Shown piece by piece: positions 35,716 to 41,480 of a stretch of DNA of 41,480 nt. How positions within the stretch are numbered: position 1 is the stretch's first letter; each line of letters opens with the position of its first letter. A program made the translations under genes and the position numbers. A model generated the notes under the pieces. The model searched no databases and had not been told where the DNA came from. It saw nothing but the letters and a program-made list of their open reading frames with translations. The DNA comes from Jimgerdemannia flammicorona. Taxonomy: Eukaryota. The stretch covers positions 1-41,480 of the forward strand of contig RBNJ01000106.1 in NCBI GenBank assembly GCA_003990765.1, in the 5' to 3' direction.

Positions 35716-38700
35716 ATACTAGTGATATGGTAAGCAACAAGTATTCTGAGGTGTGTACTGAGCAGAGAGGCTTAAGTATATTTGATTGGCAGTATGTAGG
35801 GAGGGGCATGGGCTTGGGGAGAAGCATGAGAGACTTGCTGACAGGCAAATAAGGAAGGAGAAGAAGCAGTGTTGGAGGGCAGGAGATCAGGAGAGTAAGT
35901 TTTATAAATAAGGTAAAAGAGAGATAGCTGATGACTGAATGGAAGGCTGGCTGAGAAAGAGTAAGGAGATAGTGAAGAATATGAGACAATAGTAGCTGGG
36001 GGGAGTCTCATTGGGTGGCTAGAGTAGGGGGGCTGGTGATATAGTGGCTGAGGGAATGACTGTTGATGGAAGTGTGATGGGCAATCTGGAAAAAAATCTA
36101 GATGGAATTGCTGATAGTGGACCAAGTTGTGGGAAGAGCATGAGGCCTAGTGACTTGGCTGATGGTGTAATGAGACTGGCAGTAGCTCTGTTACTTAAGA
36201 AGTTGATTTTGGAGTTTACAGTTACTTTATACTTCTGGAGCTTAGTGATGACAGCAAAAATGGTCCTAGGGCTAATCATGAAGCAGATAGGTGGCATGGT
36301 ATCTGTTAAGTTCCTGAAGGGCTTAGAAGGAGTAGAGATGGGCTTTGAGAAGACTAGACCATTAGAGGATATATTGAAAGCTGGGTTGATAGTTAGGAAG
36401 ATATGTATACCAATAGTGTACTACCTGAAGTAGGATCCCAGAGTGGTATATGTAGCTTCTGGTGAAAGGAGTTCCTACAGTGACCATAGTAGAGACAAGA
36501 AGGAGAGTAGAAAAAGTCATGACTGAGTATGGGGAGGTAGTCAATATAGGGTTCAGGGTGTAGAAAAGAACCTCCTTCTAGATAGAGAATATTGATATCT
36601 GAATTTGGTTGGCAGAAAGAGAGGCTATTGGGAAGGCTTGAGACTGGCCTTCAGTAATGATGTGGAGAGCCTTCATATATGAGGTGATGAGGGTAAAGGG
36701 GAGTGAGGAGGAAGAAGACTTATTGGAGGTACATACTAGAGAAGTTGAGTAGTGCAGTAAAGTGGGGGGTGAAAGCTTAGAAGATATTTGTAGAGTTGAT
36801 ACATCTGGAGATTGTTGATGGGAAGTGGGTCCACATTGATGAGGAGCTGTGAGAGAGATCTTAAGGATACAGGAAGTAGAGGAAGTTGCTGGCAAAAATT
36901 GAGAAAGAGATGAAGAGAAATACTGGTAGTAGTGAAAATACTGAAGATATCAAGGTGAGTGTCTGGGCCAGTGGAAGTGGAGAGAATAAGAAGATAGGTC
37001 TGGAGGAGGCCAGGAAGGTACTGAGCAAGGATCCATATGAAGATGATATGTTTGAAGTCTGGGAGGATACTTCTCCTCCTCTTATTAGACAGGGACTAGC
37101 TATAAGAGATCAAGTGGCAGAGGATGTGCTAATGCACAGTACTCAGTAAGTATACTTCAGAGTTCCTGATGTGGTGAAGGGGGGATGGGTGGTAGCAGCT
37201 AGCAAAGAGATATTGGTGGATGTCCTGAAGGAGGAGTGGGATGAGTCTGTAAGCACAGGGGTCAATATCACAATACTGGATGGAGGAAGGCCAGTGACTC
37301 CAGGGAGGAAAGAGGTGGGAAACCTACTATGGATGTATTGGATAATGAATAACTTGGCAGCTGAAGAGTTGGAGAAAGTAGACCTTAGAGTGATAAGTGA
37401 TGAGCATTGGGTATAGATTCTACAGAGTAATAGAGTGGTAGTGGTATTGAAGGTGGAAATACTTGCAGTATACTTAGAGAAGGAAGGGTATGAGATCGAT
37501 AAGGAGAGAGAGGCTGAGCTGGCAGTTGTTGCTGATGAGTGGGCCACCTCCTGTTAGGCTAAGTATTATGGATTGTAGCTCTGACAAGAGGCCTATCTGG
37601 AGTATCATGAGGAAAAGGAGGATGGGGAGATGACTGAGCTATTGGTTGGATTGGAGGCTAAGAGGGCTGAAGAGGAGAAAGTATCTGCTGAATATAATCT
37701 GGATGTAGTACAGAAGGTGATGAACATAGAACAGTAGAGAATGTACTTGATATTACACAATTTTCCTTATAAATAGTATAACCAACATTTTATTTTTGAA
37801 TATAAATGGGTTATGAGGTACTTTTCAGTATCAGAACATTTTTACTTAGCTGAAGGGATTGGAGGCCAATTTCTTTCTTTTGCAGAATATCAGATGTGAG
37901 GATGATTTAGATAGACTGGAATGGACAAAGAAATGGAGAGATGAGGCAGTTTGGAAGGGCAAGGTTGAGATTCTGGTTTGGAGAGGCAGAGGGGAGATAT
38001 ATGATGTGAGGAGCTGGGGAGACAGGCTGGTTTGGGGAGAGTGGATATGAACAGATTGGGAGCTAGTTACAGTGGGTTCCTGCTACTGTCCTGCTATATA
38101 GAGTGAGCATGTAGATTGAGTGAAGGGTCTCCAGAAGAGTGGAGCCCTTGCAGAGGCTAGAGTGGATATACTTGATGGAGACTTCAATATGGTCAGGGAT
38201 GTGCTGGTGGATAGAACTGATAGAGAACAGGGGGCTGAAGATAAGAGTGGAGGGCTGGAGACATAGGAGGAGGTAGAAAGGCTAAGTGCTCTGATAGACA
38301 CTAGCAGAGAGTTCTGGAGTGATAGAAGAGTATACACACATTGGGCAGGTGGCCTAGAGATGAGGATTGACTGGATTCTGATGGTGAGCTGCTGGGGTTT
38401 GGATGTTTGGAAGTTGCTGGAGGCAGAGTGGTATCTGTGGTCAGATTATTGGGGGCTGCTAGAGCAGGGTCATTTTGGGGAGAGTGGGAATGGGTCTGGA
38501 CATTGGTGCCTCAATTCCTCTTTGTTAGATGATAAGGTGCTGTGGAATAAGTGGGCTGAGAATATTCAGCAGAAGATAGAGAGCTGGATGCAGGAAGGTA
38601 CCCTGGTTGGTATCTGGTAGATGAGGATGAAAGAGGCTGCTAGAGCTTACTGGAGTAAGGCTGGCAAGATGGCCAGAAGACAGAGGAGGAAAAGGGTGAG

Positions 38701-41480
38701 ATGGGCTTCTGCTAGACTGACTAGGCTTCTGAAAGATTGGGCAGGTCTGGTGGCACTGAGGAGAGAGAGGACTGGAGATTAATATAAGTGAAAATGGAGA
38801 TTGGGGAATTATAACAGATATTGCAGGAAGAGGAGAAGACACAGATGCAGAGTTTGGCAGCATAGTTATATTGGCAGAGACTAAAGGAAGGGAAAATATC
38901 TTCTAAGTATCTCATGAGGGCCCTTCAGATGAGGAGAGTAAAGCAGAGGTAGGAGGGAGTACTAGATTCTGATAGTCTGCTGGTGCATAGTATATAAACC
39001 ATTTTTGGATTGTTAAAGAAGAGATAGAGTGATTTATAGAGTGAGGAGGAGGGTGAGGCTGATGCTGCCACCATTGACTATACTTTAGAGAATTGATACC
39101 TATTATAAGTAGAAGGGCTGAGTGGCTTGGTAATACCAGTATGAGGAGGAGATCTGCCAGATTCTTACTGTAACTATGCTGGGTATGGTACCAGAGGAGG
39201 ATGGTCTGCTCTGAGACTTCTGGAAGAAGATGGTAGGAGTCTCTGGAGTACTGGGAGAGCTGATAGTAATGTGTGACTTGATACTACAGTCAGAGAGATA
39301 GGTGGGAAAGCAGGATCTGGGGCTGGTAGTACTGCTTTATAAGAACAAGAGGAGGAGGGAAGACTGGAAGAACTGGTAGCCAATCATGCTACTGGATATG
39401 GACAGAAAGTTGGTTACTAAGGTGGTAGTTACAAGACTGTAGAAGGTAGCTCAGCAAGTCTTGGATATAGAGTAGCAGGGTTTTATAGAAGGCCAGCTCA
39501 TTAGGGATGGTATGGTTTGAATATATAGAGTTATTGAAGGGGCATAAGTCTGTAGACTAGATGGGCAACTGGTCTTCCTGGATCAGGAGAAGGCATATGA
39601 CTAGGTTTGGCAAGTCTAGTTGGCAAAGATATTGGATAAGATTGGTATATCTCACTAGTTCTGGTCAGTAATAGTCAGTCTACTGAAAGAGAGTAGAACT
39701 GTACTCATATACAATAGATATAGAGAGGTAGTGTTCTCTCTGGGTAGGGGTGTGTCTCAGGGGGACCCACTGTCCCCTATTCTATATACTCTTTCTCTAG
39801 AGCCTTTGATGGATAGAATTAGGCAGAAGATGGTCAGACTCTCAGTTTTTGAAATTGGGTGGAAAGTTGGAGCCTTTACAGATGATATAATGGTTAGTCT
39901 GAGATTAATTGCTAATGTTGAGGAGCTCAGAGAGATAGTGGGATAGTATGAGGTGCACTCTGGGGCTAAATGCAATTGGTATAAGTGTGAAACAATGGTG
40001 TTAGACAATGGTCTGGTGGAAAGAGATGTCATTGGAATAATTGTCTCTACTGGGGAGGTAGTGTAGTACTTAGGTATCTATCTGTCAGTATATGGATCAG
40101 TCCTACTGAGACCTTGGTGGGAGCAGAGAGTTGTGATCTAAGGAGAGGCCCTGCAGAGTTGGAGAGAACACTACTTGTCTCTGGTAGAGTGTGTTTTGAT
40201 TTTGAACATCTACTGGCTGCTGAAGCTATGATACATATTTGGCTTATCACCTAGACTTTCTAGTCTGGATGGTGAAGAGACTGATGAAACTAGTCAAGAG
40301 GTGGATCTGGGTTGAGAGAAGGAGTCAGATCAGCTGAGAGGTCTTGTCTTTACCGGTGACTAGAGAGGGCCTTGGGCTGGTTGATTTTCTGAAGAGGCTG
40401 TACTGCCTGAGAGTATGGTGGTTGAAGAGAGTGGTGGAGTTGAGAGGGGATAGCTGGGTTCCCCTAATGCAGATGGTCTGAGAGATAAGAGGCTCTACAG
40501 GAGATCTATTGTCCTTAGTTGGGCTTCAGAGCAATGAGTATATGGTATAAAGGCTTCTGGTGGGGAGTAGCAGATAGAGAGTACTATATATATTGGAATT
40601 TTCTGGCAGAGAAATGAAGGAGAGGTGTCTTGGGACTCAGTGATGTGGAGATGAGACTAAGTATTGTTGGAGGGTATCCCTCTAGTTGATTTCAATATTA
40701 GTGATGGGATTGAGTGCCAGAGGGGGCCAGGACAGAATCTATGGCCTAGTAGATAGCAGCTGACAGATATTGAAGAAGAGTGAGACTGGAATAGGGTTTG
40801 GGTCTAGAGTACTGAGGTAAGATAGTAGCTATCACTGAAGTACTAGGTGGTCTGGTGGCACATGTTGCAGAGGAATATCATGCTCAACTTTTGATCAGAA
40901 TACCTTATCAAGAAGGGAAGCTTCAACTGTAAGAAGTACTACAATATAAGACAGGAAGATAGATTTGTACAGATACCAAAACATTAGCTAGGAGAGTATG
41001 AGGTACTTAGTGACTTTTGGCTAGCAGTTGAGGATTGATTGGGTATTTTAAATAGGGGGGATGGTGAGTGGGGTCAGTGGAAGAATCTGAGGGATAGATT
41101 GGTAGGTGGGATGGAAAAGAAGTAGCTTACTTTAGGTTGGATATTGGCAGTTTGAATAGAGCTGACAGGTCACTAGTTGTTTATTTTTGAGGAAAGAAGG
41201 AGTCTGAGATTAGGGGTACAGTTATTGAGATGGTAAGGACTAATGGAGGACAGTATGATGGGCTGGTGGTTTAGTTGGAGTTTGCAGAGTGGTCAGAGGC
41301 ATTGCTTGGTAGAGAAAATCTGTGAGCAGAGTAGAGAGAGAGTTGGGTAGTGGGTGGTAAAGTGGTCTTCAAATATGAAAGTGTGGAGGGGGACTCCCCT
41401 ATGGGGATTGGGTAGTGAGAGGAAATACTATAACTATATCAATAGATTAGTAATAAATGGTAAAGTCTAAGTAACTATAA

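Larger units (their letters stand above)
13790..41480 (+). mobile_element. LINE copy 1 (L1/Tx1-like, degenerate); outermost element, split into ~13790-13848 and 35721-41480 by element B
   Basis: Joining the flanks of B gives ttttggagaaatgATACTagtgatatggtaagc, which matches the 5' end of LINE copy 2 (tttttggagaaaagagactagcaatatggcaact). ORF1 remnant ~35728-37730. ORF2 remnant ~37770-41370 has APE motifs (GDFNMV, RIDWIL, WSDY) and RT motifs (GVSQGDPLSP, AFTDD). The window ends at gtaactataa, where copy 2's poly(A) begins. 5' limit is approximate. Confidence 0.85.

Overview
Eukaryotic, intron-rich fungal DNA. An early-diverging fungus (Mucoromycota-like) is inferred from gene content such as the C12orf4/FERRY3 homologue; this is not proven. 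The window has two sharply separated halves. (1) Positions 1 to ~13.27 kb are CpG-rich and hold four minus-strand spliced genes: a TPR co-chaperone (DNAJC7-like, running off the left edge), a C12orf4/FERRY3 (DUF2362) homologue, the bifunctional biotin enzyme BioDA, and the SAGA WD40 subunit Spt8. (2) From ~13.27 kb to the end the DNA is almost CpG-free and resolves, by target-site duplications (TSDs), into one nest of seven transposable elements. A + strand L1/Tx1-like LINE is split by a 21.9-kb minus-strand Ty3/gypsy chromovirus (element B). B contains a related full-length chromovirus (element A) in its 3' LTR, a hAT-type foldback MITE, and two long solo LTRs of a third family; one solo LTR carries a full-length minus-strand LINE. 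Most notable: transition-only, RIP-like hypermutation that is not limited to CpG; solo LTRs whose U3 carries different cargo ORF remnants sharing an acidic C-terminus and PPxY motifs; a dUTPase between Gag and protease in both chromoviruses; and covarying stem-loops conserved in both chromovirus 3' UTRs. All alignments and counts were done by eye.
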